The notes: generated by a model not told the origin, from the sequence alone. 61,144 bases of DNA, filler included, from 4 parts of 4 records of this genome joined end to end with filler, not necessarily neighbours in it, one strand, 5' to 3'. Shown: positions 40,005 through 52,278, counted from the whole stretch's first letter. Numbers and translations: made by a program.

Positions 40005-42907
40005 TCACTCGCGCTCGCCGGCTACCAGCGGATCGTCTGCGAGGACGGCCTGCACGAGCATGGGAACCGTGCGGATCCATCGGTCTCTTGATTGTGTTGT
40101 TCGTGCCACAAGATCCAACGTCCTCTTCCGAGAAATGACGGAGAAGCAAAACTGCAGAGGTGAAGAGGATCCGTCGCATCGCCACAGAGTCACAGTGAGG
40201 AATTGCGCAGAGCGCTGCGTCCAGCATACACAGAGCTGCGGGTTGCCACGCGGACCATCATCATGCGGTGCAACAGACAACAGAGCGACAAGGAACACCA
40301 GCCGTGAAAGTTGGCGGATGGCCCACTCGACCCAGCTCGATACGCGCCGGATATTCGACACCGTACATTTTCATCGACTTCATCTCGAATGCGCTCGAAA
40401 GCTGCTGTTACCGGTCCGCGCACAATTGCCGCGACGTCCCGAAGATGGAGCTTATGCACTGTACGTGCGTCGCGCGACTTCGCCCAGCAAATTTCTGCGG
40501 CAACACAACGTGCAACGACGCATCCGCCCATCCGCCCCGCAGTTCCAGAGCGCAGCCGAAGACGGAACAACGAGCACACATTCATCAGGAATACGCCATG
40601 ATTGTGTACAGACGCGCGCGTGTGCGCAATGAAAGTGCTCGTACCAACGTTGCAAGGTCAAGCTCAGAGCTGTGACCTGGTGGGCTCGCACGCCGCCTCA
40701 TGCAACGCACCATCTCTGTTCGTGGACAACCAGACCACGCGCACTGCGGGTTTTCCTTTTCCGTACGATACTTTTGTGAACGTTTCTCCGTCCAATAAGC
40801 GGTCCATATTGACGCCTACGCAGGGGCATTTCCGGCACACACACACACACACACATATCCGTCACACAGTAAGCTCTTTTCTCGCTCGTCCAGCTCGCAA
40901 GCAACATGGATATCGCGGCGTACAGGCACATGCAGACCAAGATGCCCGTACGCGGTCCCGTCGATATGGTGTAAACGCAACGTGGCAGGTCAGCGCCGCA
41001 TAGGTCGTAGTGTGTGCATGGATTTGACCATGTACCTCTTTCACGCCTCCCCACCCCCCCGAGCAGATCGCTCGGTGACTCGTACCGTTCACGTCAACAT
41101 GGAGCGGCTCCGCGTGCGACTGCGCATGGCGGCGCACCCATACACCGCTGCGCTCGCGCACGAGCTCGGCGCGCTTGCCCAGCGCGAAGTCGTCGGTGCG
41201 GATTCCCAGCGCCGCCAGGTCCCGTGCGAAGCCCTCGCGCTCGTCTTCGTCGCCGCTACCGTACTCTCCTTCCGCTCCCTCGCTATCGCTATCACTATCA
41301 CCATCTTCAACGTCGTCAACGTTTGCGTCCTTTGCCGGCTCACACGGTAAGAGGGAGGCTTGTCCGTGCTGAGGCGCGCGGACTGGCGCGTCTCCGCTCC
41401 GCCCACTCTCTCCGCGCGGACCGGACGCGCCTTGCGCTGCTTCGGCGTCGAGGCCCTCGGCGTCCGAGTCGCCAGAGCTCGACAGCACTTCCGTAAGAGT
41501 CTCCGTCTCGCTGCTGGCGTCACTTTCCCCTTCATTCTGTACATTTGAGTCCATTTGTGCAATAATAGTAACAGATTAGCCAATTTCAAAAAAGGAGTGA
41601 TGCACGCTGACGCGAAGAAAAAGGAGAGGTAGAAGACAAAAGAATACAGGCGCAAGGACGAGCAACCAGCGCTTTCACTCATGAGCCTCGCGCCCATCTC
41701 CGGCACATGCGCGACGGGAAAAATCTGCTTCCTCCTGCACCGAAACATACTGATAGGCTTAGATTGTCGTCGCTAGTGGAAAATTGATCATCCGTATCAC
41801 CCGGAAAAGGAATGTAGTGTGTCTCGCGCTGCTGCGGCCCCGGGGGGATGTCCATGACGTCCTGTACGTGAAGCCAGTGCGCAGAAACGAGCGTATCGCG
41901 TCGCTGACTTGGTAAGGAGTACGGCAGAGAATACGAGATTCCATTTGCTCGAAACACATGCAAAAATCAATTCGAAACAGAGCTAAAAACCGATCTGCAC
42001 TTTCTTTACGAAAGGGAGCACTGCAAATTCGCAGATCATGAGCATTGATTTCGCGCGTATCGCACGCTACCAGCCGGGGAAAAAAGACAACCAGGAGAAG
42101 GCGTTGCTCGAAAGAGAGACACAAGAGCTTGCTATTAACCCCGGCGAGGAATGTGACGTACCGTATATCCATCCGCAGTTCCTTGGAAGTGCACAGCTTC
42201 GTGATGCGTTGCAAACCTGCGAACATAAAATGCACAGGTTTGCAAGGTAGAGATCCCATTGCGATGTTAGGTTTCTTTTCGCCAATACAGGAGCACAGAA
42301 ACTCGCATTTCAGGCGAAATAAGGAACGATAAGTGACGAGCGATAGATGTACATGACTGCGAGCTTCAGGGCGAAGCGATTACTAACGTGTACTGCAAGA
42401 AGCGATACAAAGTGAGCGGAAGAGGGAGAAGTATCGAATGTATAACAGAAAGGACGGCAGAGCGCCACGTGATACGCTCCCTCGTGCGCTCTCTTTCTCT
42501 TTCCAACGCGACAATTCCTGCTCAGCATCGTGCCATTGCAGACACAAATCATAGAATCCACAAGCACAGCGGCATAAGTTGTTCCTATAAGCCATGACGC
42601 TTGTCAAGAGTATCATAATACGGATTCGCAACTGGGCCCTGCGCGACATTGCAACTGTATCGTACCGCAGGTGAGAAGACTCGGACCCTCCCTTCTTTCC
42701 TGGACGAATCCCTCGCAGCATGCGCTGCATTCTGCTCTCCTGGACCTCCTCGACCACTGTCGCGTCACTGCGAAAGCGAACGCGTTCAGGACGCCCTCGC
42801 TCTTCGTCTTCCTCATTCGGAGATCTGAGAATGGAGTGAAGCGTACTTTGTGGTTCTGCAGCACGCTCTTCCTGAATCTTCACCGCGAAAACAGACGACA
42901 TTGACAT
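40005..42907 (-). CDS. PH-domain protein with acidic low-complexity region and SILK/RVxF-like motifs; may be continuous with the kinesin and with the 43446-43675 exon
   Basis: Exons 42907-42666, 42216-42162, 41861-41751, 41536-41086, 40815-40711, 40494-40367, 40151-about 40009 splice in phase. PLC-type PH pattern LLDGETFTK..GKPAVRVVWLS..ICW..RGPVTAAFER..CFSVISRKRTLDLVA..RDRWI. Confidence 0.75.
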
Positions 42908-43445
42908 TGGAACAGATGCGCGCACGTTACATGAACATATATGACCACACGACACCGCTTTTCGAAAGACAAAACAATACAAATGACGAGCCACAACACC
43001 GGTGTTCGTACGCTGCTTCGTCCTTTTCCACGACCAACTTTCCCAAATGCTTCATGTAGCTACCCATTCATACTTTTACTGGAAACAAAGCCTGCACGAT
43101 ACCAGAAGAAACTGCGCAGCTTCAACGCTTTACGAAGGATTCTTTCGCATCACATGATCGGCTCTCTATCGTCTATCGTTTCATTCCTCAGGCGCTTCAT
43201 GGCATCACGAGCTCATTCTGCATGAGCAGAGGAGCGAAAACCAAACGCGAAGAACGAATGCACATGCTCCACAGAAACGGCTGAAAATACCTCTCTTCGC
43301 CCATTCCGTCACCTAGAAAGCAAACATACTTTTGCCTACGACAATAATGCCACGTGAAGACACTGGGAAATCAATCGTGCGCGCGAGGAAGTTTTTCGTT
43401 CCATCTCGTCTGCGTCCGCAGTGCTTTTCGACTGGAACAACGTAC

Positions 43446-43675
43446 TCTCTGCCTCTCCGCCAGAAGAGACTCCATCTTCCCCCGAGCGCTCTCAATAGCT
43501 TTTTGGAGCGCTGCCGCTTCGTCCAGCAGTGCATTTTTGCGCACAACCTCCGCTGCTATTGCTTGCTGCGTCTCGCTGGAAGCGGTCTCCGCGCGCGTTC
43601 GCACTCGATTCTCCAGATCAACGACTGATCGCGAGCGCGGACGGCCCACTGGCGCGTTTTCCGAAGAACTCGCAT
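43446..43675 (-). CDS. Internal exon of a coiled-coil protein (gene truncated by the contig end)
   Basis: cag acceptor and gtacgt donor; VVRKNALLDEAAALQKAIESARGKMESLLAERQR heptad-like sequence. Confidence 0.5.
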
Positions 43676-43812
43676 CTGCAGCACAGCGAAAACGAAAACG
43701 CGTGAATCTGAAGAACATTTTCTGCTACAGCAATACCGAAAGAAGGGGAAGAAAGAACACATGTAGAGACAAGAAGCAGCACAATCGATCTCGCAACGAG
43801 CAAACGCGTCAG

Positions 43813-43912
43813 NNNNNNNNNNNNNNNNNNNNNNNNNNNNNNNNNNNNNNNNNNNNTTAATTAATTAANNNNNNNNNNNNNNNNNNNNNNNNNNNNNNNN
43901 NNNNNNNNNNNN
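43813..43912. other. Artificial contig spacer
   Basis: N44-TTAATTAATTAA-N44. Confidence 0.98.
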
Positions 43913-43913
43913 T

Positions 43914-43943
43914 CCTGTTCCTGTGCCTGTGCCTGTTCCTGTG
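43914..43943. repeat. (CCTGTK)5 hexamer repeat at the contig edge
   Basis: cctgtt cctgtg cctgtg cctgtt cctgtg. Confidence 0.8.
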
Positions 43944-44077
43944 CCTCTATGTGCGGCGACGTCTCTGTGAATAGTGGGCTGCTCTGCGCGGCCAATGTGT
44001 GCGGTGGAGTAACCCGTTCGCGCTTAGTGAGCGGCTTTCCACGTCCTTCTGCGCGTGCGGTGCGCGCGCAACTGCAG

Positions 44078-45100
44078 ACGCTTGTGGTCCCAATGGACAT
44101 TGTCTCGCAGCACCAGATGCTCGCGCGAGGAGAGCACCGACGTGGCGGTATGGAGGTCTTGCGCGAAGTTGTACACAAGTATGGAATCCGTGGACTCTAC
44201 CGCGGATACTTGGCATCGGTGCGTATGTGCGCGAACTTCTTCGGCGGGCGAGTGAGCCGCCCCGGCGCATGAACTAGTACTCGCGCATGTTGTAAACCAC
44301 GCTGGCGTGTAGATGTAGTCCAGCGGCGCGCCACGCAGCTACCGTGGTGCGAAAGGTGGCCGCGCAGATTTTGCTGGCGCATGATCGTCTGGTTGTTGCG
44401 GCGAGGCTGACCCTCCCGCGCACTGCCGCACCTCCTCTCGCGCCAACGCAGCTCATGACGTATGCGCCGTCGTCTGCGACATGGTGGTCGGCCTATGGAG
44501 CTGTCAAGCCGCGCTGGTCCGAAGTGGCATCAGCCGTGTTTCCATCGTCGTCGCGAACGTACGTTTCCGAGCGCCACTGCTGTTGCGCACGAGCGCGCCG
44601 GGACGCGACGCAGGATATGAACTCGTGCCCGGCATGCAAACCGACTGAGATCGCGCACTGACGTGCCGCATATGTGCGGCGGATACGCTGCAGGCCGCAA
44701 GATTTTGAACACCATCCTGTCGTGCAAGCGGTGTCGGGCGCGACGTCTGGGGCGATCGCCGCGTCCGTGACGAACCCGATGGACGTTGTGCGGACACGGC
44801 TGCAGGTACGGAGTCGCCCCACCCTGCCCAGCGTACCCGCCCGGTCCCACGGTGCCGTTGCCGGTCGCTCGTGAACGCCGCTACTCACCCCGTTGATGCA
44901 TGTTCGTGCGTTTCGTTCCCCGTGTGCAGGTCACGGAAGAAAAGTCAGTCTCGTCATGCGCGCGCGCGCTGTATCGCGAGGAAGGAGCGTTTGGCTTTAT
45001 GCGCGGCGTCCGCGCGCGCATGCTACAAACTATTCCCGTGTCAGTCATGATGATTTCCGCCTACGAGTTGGTGAAGCGCATGAGTATTGCCCCGGAGTAA
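44078..45100 (+). CDS. Mitochondrial carrier family protein (SLC25A44-like), 5'-truncated
   Basis: Exons 44078-44218, 44452-44558, 44694-44805, 44930-45100. Motifs: VPMDIVSQHQM, GIRGLYRGYLASLMTYAPSSATWW, TNPMDVVRTRLQV, YREEG..GFMRG..YELVKR. Confidence 0.88.
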
Positions 45101-45366
45101 ACAAGCCCGTGTTGCTACTGAATACATGCTCGATACTCCGACTGGGCCATGGCGTGCGGTGCCCCTCGGCGAAGCTGCGCAGCACAGGCTTGCGAACAGG
45201 CGCGCAGGTGCCCCGACCGAGTGCAGAAGAAAACGCAGCGGCATCGCCGGAACACATTTATACGCAGCTGAAACTCAAACGAACATCAGTGCGCTCTGCA
45301 AGACATTAGCATCATGCGGAATCCTGTGATCGGGGTTCCTGCTTGAGAGCGACAGGGGCCATACGC

Positions 45367-47555
45367 CTACACTCGCGAAGACGCCCATATCGCAGCGCGA
45401 CAGCCGGACTTGATCACTGCGGCATCAAACAGCAACAACGACGAAATCAACAACAGCAGATGCATGTGCCTTGTGAGGAACACACTTCCAAGTACAGGGG
45501 CGCACGTTGTGATCCGAGCGGACGCACGCACTGTGGCGGCGCGAACAGGGATCGGGCGTACCTTGTGTGAGAAGCTCGTACGCAGGTGCCTACAGCCGGA
45601 ATCGCGCACATGGTACCCAGAGATCAATACGCGACCGCATACATCCAAATCATTAGCGTTATGTGCCACGAAGCTGTGCATTGACGTGGTGAAAGGAAGG
45701 AGGAACAGCTCACAGCTCGCAAAGAGGCGACCGCGCGCAAGGACGATCCAGGACCGGGTGCGTGCTCCGCGGCTCTGTACAGCGTTACCTTGCGCGAGTC
45801 GTTTGCGATTGCCGCTTCATGGTGCTCCAGCTCATCGTCACGGAACTGGAGATTCAACGGTATGCGAATCAAGAACACAATGAAGTGCAAATAATCAAAA
45901 AACAAAACAAAACAAGCGGGATGCCTTAGAATAGCGGGCGGTAATGTGCAACCGTAGCGAGCGGTCCGCCCTACTGCGGCACTGCAGCGAATGGGCCGGT
46001 TCGCGCCTTTGTCGCACCTGCTTGAAAATATGTCGAAGCTGCTCGATCATCCGCAAGCCAGTTACCACCGTCCGATTTCGCAATCCGTAATCATTCCATC
46101 AAACATCGTCCGACAACGGTGATGACGATCGCAAGCGATTCCTGTTAGGTGCGCACAACGCCGATTCCATCGCTTCGCCGCCCTCTCGTGTAGCGGCGGG
46201 AAGACAGTCCGCCGCGGCGTACCTCATCGTCTCCCATGTCGAGTTCGTGCAAAGTGCGGAGTTGATCATTGTAGTGCTCCCCTGTAATACATAATTTTCC
46301 AGGCACGCGCATTATTCCAAATTGCTACGTTGCAGATAGTTACGGACAAGGGGTAAAAGAATCGCGAACATCTAGAATTCTGCAGGCCACATCGTAGCCT
46401 CCGCGCCAGATCGAGCCTCGTCGGACGCCGCCACTCTCGCTGGCATGGATGCCTGAAAAAGTCACGTACCAATCACTTCCTCGATCGCTTCTGTTGCAGC
46501 CATCGTTGCTTCCTAGTTACAAAAGAAAAGACAGCGACCGCAAGTGTAGAGGCGCATGTACTGAGAGTAAGCGTGCAGAAGGAAACAAAACACCAACCAT
46601 CCAAACGTTGAGGCGCGCGTCGTCGTCGGTCGCCATCGAACGCGCAACGCCTTGTGGATCTCTTCGATCGTTCTCATTTCGCGGGAACTAAGTATCAGCA
46701 GTGATATACCTTTCCCATCATTGCAGTTACAGCACCGAGAGCGTAGCCGGCAATATCCCAAAGCGGAAGGAGCGCCGTTGGTCGCACGCGCCGCTCCGAC
46801 GTGAGGCGCTTCATCACTGACAGGTGATACCGCTCCGTGTCAAGCATGTCGCTGCATCGAGGATACGCGCCGCATCAGACACGCATCGTCAAGCCCACTC
46901 TTACCGCGCTAGTACCCGCGATGATCCGGATTAACCTTATGAGACACTCTACCATACTCTGCGCCCTTGAGGCCTGCGCACACGTACCGCACGACCGGCT
47001 CCATGGGCGTGCCACGCAACACACGAAACTGCCCTTCGCAGATCCGACGAGCTCCCCATTCACCCGCATGGTCGACGCGTAGCATGCGCTCGATGACTTC
47101 GCGCCGGCGAACAGCCTCTGGATCATTATGCACGTAGAGAGGAGCGTGTCGCTGTGCGCATGACGAAGCACACGAGAAGCGAAGAAGTCGCATGCGGTGA
47201 GTCTCGGAGGGTGCGGCGACGAGGAGCTGCACGCGAAGCCTGTGCGCATACGCGTCAGCGTGGGTACGCAGGTGCGCCCCAGCGCCTCGGCGCACAGCGC
47301 GCCCTCTCTCCCGTGCGTCGCCACCCATTCTACCTGCAGAATCGCAACCGACATTCTTCTCCAGCGCTGCAGCTGTACACCTACCTTGGCTTGTGCAAAA
47401 GCAGCTTGCGCGCGCTTTGTGGCGGGGTCTTCGTCCGCCGATCCAGCGTGAGTGCTGTGGCTGCTGGCTGCGGCCACGCGCGCTCGCGGCGCGGCGGAGC
47501 GCCACACTCGCGCGTGGAGGAGCACCGCGCGATGCTGCACAGCAACGCGCTGCAT
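45367..47555 (-). CDS. COQ7: 5-demethoxyubiquinone hydroxylase (COQ7/CLK-1), 9 exons, 244 aa
   Basis: Exons 47555-47385, 47151-46988, 46851-46710, 46512-46470, 46281-46223, 46038-46018, 45845-45789, 45589-45562, 45416-45367. Motifs: RVDHAGE, ERYH, RVRPTALLPLW, IEEVIGEHYNDQLR, FRDDELEH, APAY..IKSGCRAAIW; Arg/Ala-rich presequence. Confidence 0.95.
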
Positions 47556-48957
47556 TCTGCGTACTCGCGATCTACGATGCCGCCACGCAACGAATCCCTG
47601 CTCGTTACTCTTCTACAACAGATGCGCACGCCTGGATTCCAGGGCGTTGCCGATCGAGCAAAAAATGAAGGTGTTGAAACAGAGAGAGAGAGAAAGCAAG
47701 AACAAGCACTCGCTTGGGGGAACTATCAACTTTTCTCCCGTGAGCGTCGCCGGACCATGCTTGGGCTTAGCAGGCGTACTTCCGTACGTATATCACGTAC
47801 TGAAAGCCAGTATGTACACAACGATGTACAGTATTACTGCACGGAGCGCTCCTTGCTTGCGCTTTCCTCCTACATCAACCCCAGCGCAGTCGCATACAGC
47901 TCGCTCGCTGCCACTATGCGGCGTGCGCTCCCGCCAAACCAAAGAGCTTGTGTGCAAGAGCTGCGCGAATGCCCGCCCATCCTCCCGCTTCCACGTGAAA
48001 TCTTTGTACGCGCGTGTATCGCTTGCGTCTCATGGTTCCTAGTGCAAGGTCGCCCTGTTGATCGGTACTGCCTTTAGCATTGGCTGCGGACCGTGGGGCA
48101 CAGCGCGCTTGCGCTCAGGCGTCGCTCTCTGCCGCGATGCAGCGCACAGGGAGGGTGCCTCCGGTCTTTCAGGCCCCGCGAGCTCTCAGTCTCCTACAGC
48201 GTGCTTCTGTTACTGCGAAACGAAGATCAGAACTTTCTTTCAGGTATGCGATAATTCTACGGTTGCATTTTGGGTGTGCTCTTTGTGCAATGGCCGCTTC
48301 CTTCGCCTCCCCGCTTTCGAGCTTCACCGTGTTTGGTGCGAGGTGCGGGCGAGCTGTCGTTTTTCGAGGTAGAAACGCCGAAACGGGCGCTCTCTGACTC
48401 GCTGCGTTCTTCCCGTTTTTTTTTCTACGGTGCCAACGATCGGTTTCCTACACTCGCAGATTGAGCACTATTTGTCTTCGGGGTGCTTCGACACACGCGC
48501 GACTGACGGGAACCGAACGGTGCGCCGCGAAGTGCGAAAGAACGCCAGTCCGCGAGGGAGTGGGCAACGACGCGCCTGTGGTTGCGCGCTGCGCAATTGG
48601 CACCAGCACACCCAACGTGGTCTCAGCGACTGCCTTTGCGTTTCATACGAATCATCGTTACGCTAACGTCGCTAGTAGGCCTGTGATCGTTGACAATTGC
48701 TCCGTACAGCCTCGCTCTTAATTGTGATTTGCCGCACGGTTGGAAAGAGCAAACCGCGCCGTGGCTTCATCTGCGCTCGGTGACCGAGGTTCGTTGTAGA
48801 AGACCTGTCTTTGTCGGAAGGAATGTCTACTTCGTTTGGCAGGATTTTCGCGTCTCCACCTTGGCTGAAATAATTACTGATGGAGTGACTCGTATGCTTT
48901 GGCTGAGAATCTGCGCCGCTGCGGATGTCAAACCGGTATCTCGTGCGCGCGATGCAG

Positions 48958-50395
48958 CCGTATTTCGACGAGCGTGTTCTCTGTATTCCTCCGCAGCCGT
49001 GGAACGGCGTTGTACCTTTGATCGATATCAAGCAATGGTTTCAGCGCGATGCACTGACTGTCCTTGAGATCGGATGTGGCTACGGTACGATATTACATAT
49101 CAACGGATCTTGCCTGCATGAAGGAGGCCGGTTTCTCGTCTGGTCGAAGGGCAGCTGAGCCGGGCTACGCGACAGTGCATTCGAATTGATCTACGTAGGC
49201 TGCGGCTGGTTGCGTCCTGCTGGAATGGTAGGAGAATGGCTGGGCGAGCAGGCGGGAGAGGCTCGCAACGAAAACTGGATCGCTCTGGAGCGGAAACCAT
49301 CGCGAATACTTGCAGCTATGGGGTACGTATCCACTCTTACCGTGCTTCTCTCAGTCGCGCTGTTGGAGCATCCTACGGCAACACAAAGCAGCATCCACTC
49401 GTCTATGGTGAAAACAAAGCAAGGTTCGCTTTATGTGTCATTTCGCAAGGATATGTAACGATGTCAATTTATTTGCGTCCGCTCCCGCCTCTCTGTGCAG
49501 ACGATGTATGGGAGCAGGGCTGGAAAACGTCCGCTTCGTATGCGCAGATGCCCGGCGTTTCGTAGGGAACGCGTTACCGGCTGGCTCGATTGACCGTGTT
49601 GATTTAAATTTCCCGGACCCGTGGACGAAAAAGCGCCACCGCAAACGCCGTGTTGTCCAAGTACGAGAATTCATCCTTATTAAAGGCTAAGGTTTCCACT
49701 CAGTGAGCTCGTTGGTGAAGTACCTCACGCGAGCAGCTCTTTGTGTACTAGAGCAAGTCGTGCTCTCGCGAACCAGAACACGCCGCCTTCCGCGGAGACA
49801 TGGCGCTCTATGCGTTTCCTGGCAAGCACTTTCGCAGGCGTTTCTCACGGCAAAAATCGATTGTAAACCTTACTTCGTGAAATGCATCGGCGTGGCGTTT
49901 CTTCCTCTTTCAGCCAGACTTCGTAAAAGATGTGGCGCTTGTTCTCCGCGAAGGAGGTCTGTGGCACATTGTGACAGGTCCGTGTCCAGCGCTCGGACCC
50001 AGCTGCGCAGAGTTTGGGCCTGCGTTCCAGCTCGCGATACGCACTGCGCTGTCGTCGTCGTCGTACGTTTGAATCTCTTAGTATTTGTGCAAGCGTGATT
50101 CAACACTGTGGCACGCGGTGGCGAAAACTGAAAAGGGTTCGTTGTGCTGAATGCGGCATCGCACTGGGCGACATGGTGTATGTATGTGGGCCCAGACGAC
50201 AGGTCGCTGTTCGAGCACATGAGCTCTGTTCTTCTCGACAGCGCTCTGTTCGACCCGGTATTTCCCGATAAGTATTTTCAGCCAAATGATACAGACTACG
50301 GTGAGACTTCATACGGACGAAGCTGGCGGGCGCAAGGGAAAACGGAGTTTTATTATTCCCCATGGCGACGACGCGCTGCGGTCGACTCAGTATAA
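48958..50395 (+). CDS. trmB: Bacterial-type tRNA m7G46 methyltransferase (TrmB) with spliceosomal introns; 5' exons unresolved (candidate ATG 47757)
   Basis: Exons about 48958-49084, 49232-49322, 49501-49660, 49914-49977, 50196-50395. Motifs: LEIGCGYGEW, NWIALE, NVRFVCADA, NFPDPWTKKRHRKRRVVQ, HIVTD, TSYGRSW. Confidence 0.85.
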
Positions 50396-50419
50396 TGCTT
50401 AGCCCTACAGCGCGTTTCC

Positions 50420-52278
50420 TCAGTTGTCTGTGAACGCAGGCTCGCGCTTTTCGACAAATGCCGCCATTCCTTCCTTTTGATCTTTCTACTCGATTCAACA
50501 GCGACATGCAGATCGTACCAGGCGTGTGCATAAGAATAAATATCAAGTCTACGCGAACCCGGCCCCGTCCGCCCACGCAGGCAGACACGACCCTGCGAGC
50601 GAGGGGCCAACGTACCAAAGCAAACGTGCTCTGGAAGCACTTCCGCTCATAGTCGAGTCCCTGCTGAAGATTTGTCTCATATGCTGCATTAACACAGTCC
50701 TTTGCCAAGGCGAGCACCGGCTAGTCATACCGAGAGGCAACGCCGCGGGGAAAAACGGAAACAACGGTTACGCCGGCGCGCGGAAAACAAGCGAACAAAC
50801 AAATATTCGTCGTGTCAAAACCCGATCAGCAGCAAACTATCACAAAGGTGGCCGTTCCGCTTCGCGTCCCCGCAACTCTCCCCCCCCCGTTCAAAGGAAA
50901 GAAAATATACACCACTCGTGCGTTACATCATGTATAAGCTGTTCGACTCGGCGTGAAACGATCGAGTGGGTTCAAAAGGCTTCCGCAGCAAAAAGGAGCG
51001 GTTGCCCCTCTCCATGCAACGCATCAGGCTGGCGACCAATAGCTGGCCCGCGAGCTGCACGAGCAGCATGCGCACCTTGGAAAAAGAAGAGATTTTCTTT
51101 GCGACTTTCATGACATCGTCCATAAAAGACTCCGTGGGAAACACGCGGCTCACCAGGCCGTACTGCTTTGCCTCATCAGCGCCCATCATGTCGCCGCTGA
51201 GGATCATATCCATGGCCTTGGACTTCCCCACTGCGCGGATCAGACGCTGCGTTCCGCCGACACCAGGGATGGTGCCGAGCGTAATTTCCGGCTGCCCAAA
51301 CTTTGCGGTCGAGCTCGCGAGAATAAAATCGCACATCATGGCGAGCTCACAGCCGCCGCCGAGCGCGTACCCGCTCACCGCGGCCACGACCGGCTTGCGC
51401 ACGGTGGAGACGCTCTCCCACGCCTTGAAGATATTGCGCTGGTGTGCCTCGATGAACTTGAGCTCGGACATTTCCTTGATATCTGCGCCCGCCGCAAAGG
51501 CGCGCTCGCTGCCGGTCACCACAATGCATCCAATCGACGAGTCGCGGTCAAAATCAGCGAGAGCCTCTCCTAGCTCAGCGATCAGCGGGCTGCACAGCGC
51601 ATTGAGCGCCTTGGGCCGGTTCAGTGTTGCCACGCCAACACGTTCCACGCGCTCGACTTTGATGTACTCGAACGATTCTGCAGCGCAGCCGCACCACAGA
51701 GCCCGCGCCGTCGCGGCGGCACACGCAGTAGCGAACGCATACCAGGAATTCAGACCATTGACTTTCCTCTTGTACTCGACTTGAACTTGCAACATGGACA
51801 ATGCCACCACGTACGCCATTCATGAGCATATATACAGCTAAGAAGAGGCAAGCCGGAGTGCAGACGCCAGTGGCGTGGAAAATAAGCTGACCTACGGAAG
51901 GACGCGAACGCTGCAGCCACACGCACACAAGGCGTGCACGGGACGTCGCGCTGCGGCGAGCGTTGCTCTCTGCCCCCCTGCCCGAACGAATAGGCTATCC
52001 CACTCAATTCTTCCCCATCGTCTTATAATATCGTAATCATTACACTATGCTAGCTGCCTTCTAGACGTGCGCGAGCTCATCGGTGTCACCTGGCTGTGCT
52101 CACCGCACTTGCCGTTGCGGAGCGGAAGCCGTCGCGACACCACGGTGCCTGCTGCGCGGCCTAACGCACCTCCGGCAGCAGCGCACAGCGAACGCGCGGC
52201 AACAAGGGCGGGAGGAGCGGCGAAGAGACGAGCAGCACGGGGTGCCATGAGCGCGCGGGTAACACCTCGGAACACCAT
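50420..52278 (-). CDS. Mitochondrial short-chain enoyl-CoA hydratase (ECHS1-like), 4 exons
   Basis: Exons 52278-52170, 51677-51076, 50720-50616, 50485-50420. Motifs: LNRPKALNAL, AFAAGADIKEM, ALGGGCELAMMCD, FGQPEI..GGTQRL, DQKEGMAAFVEKR; presequence MVFRGVTRALMAPRAARLF. Confidence 0.95.
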
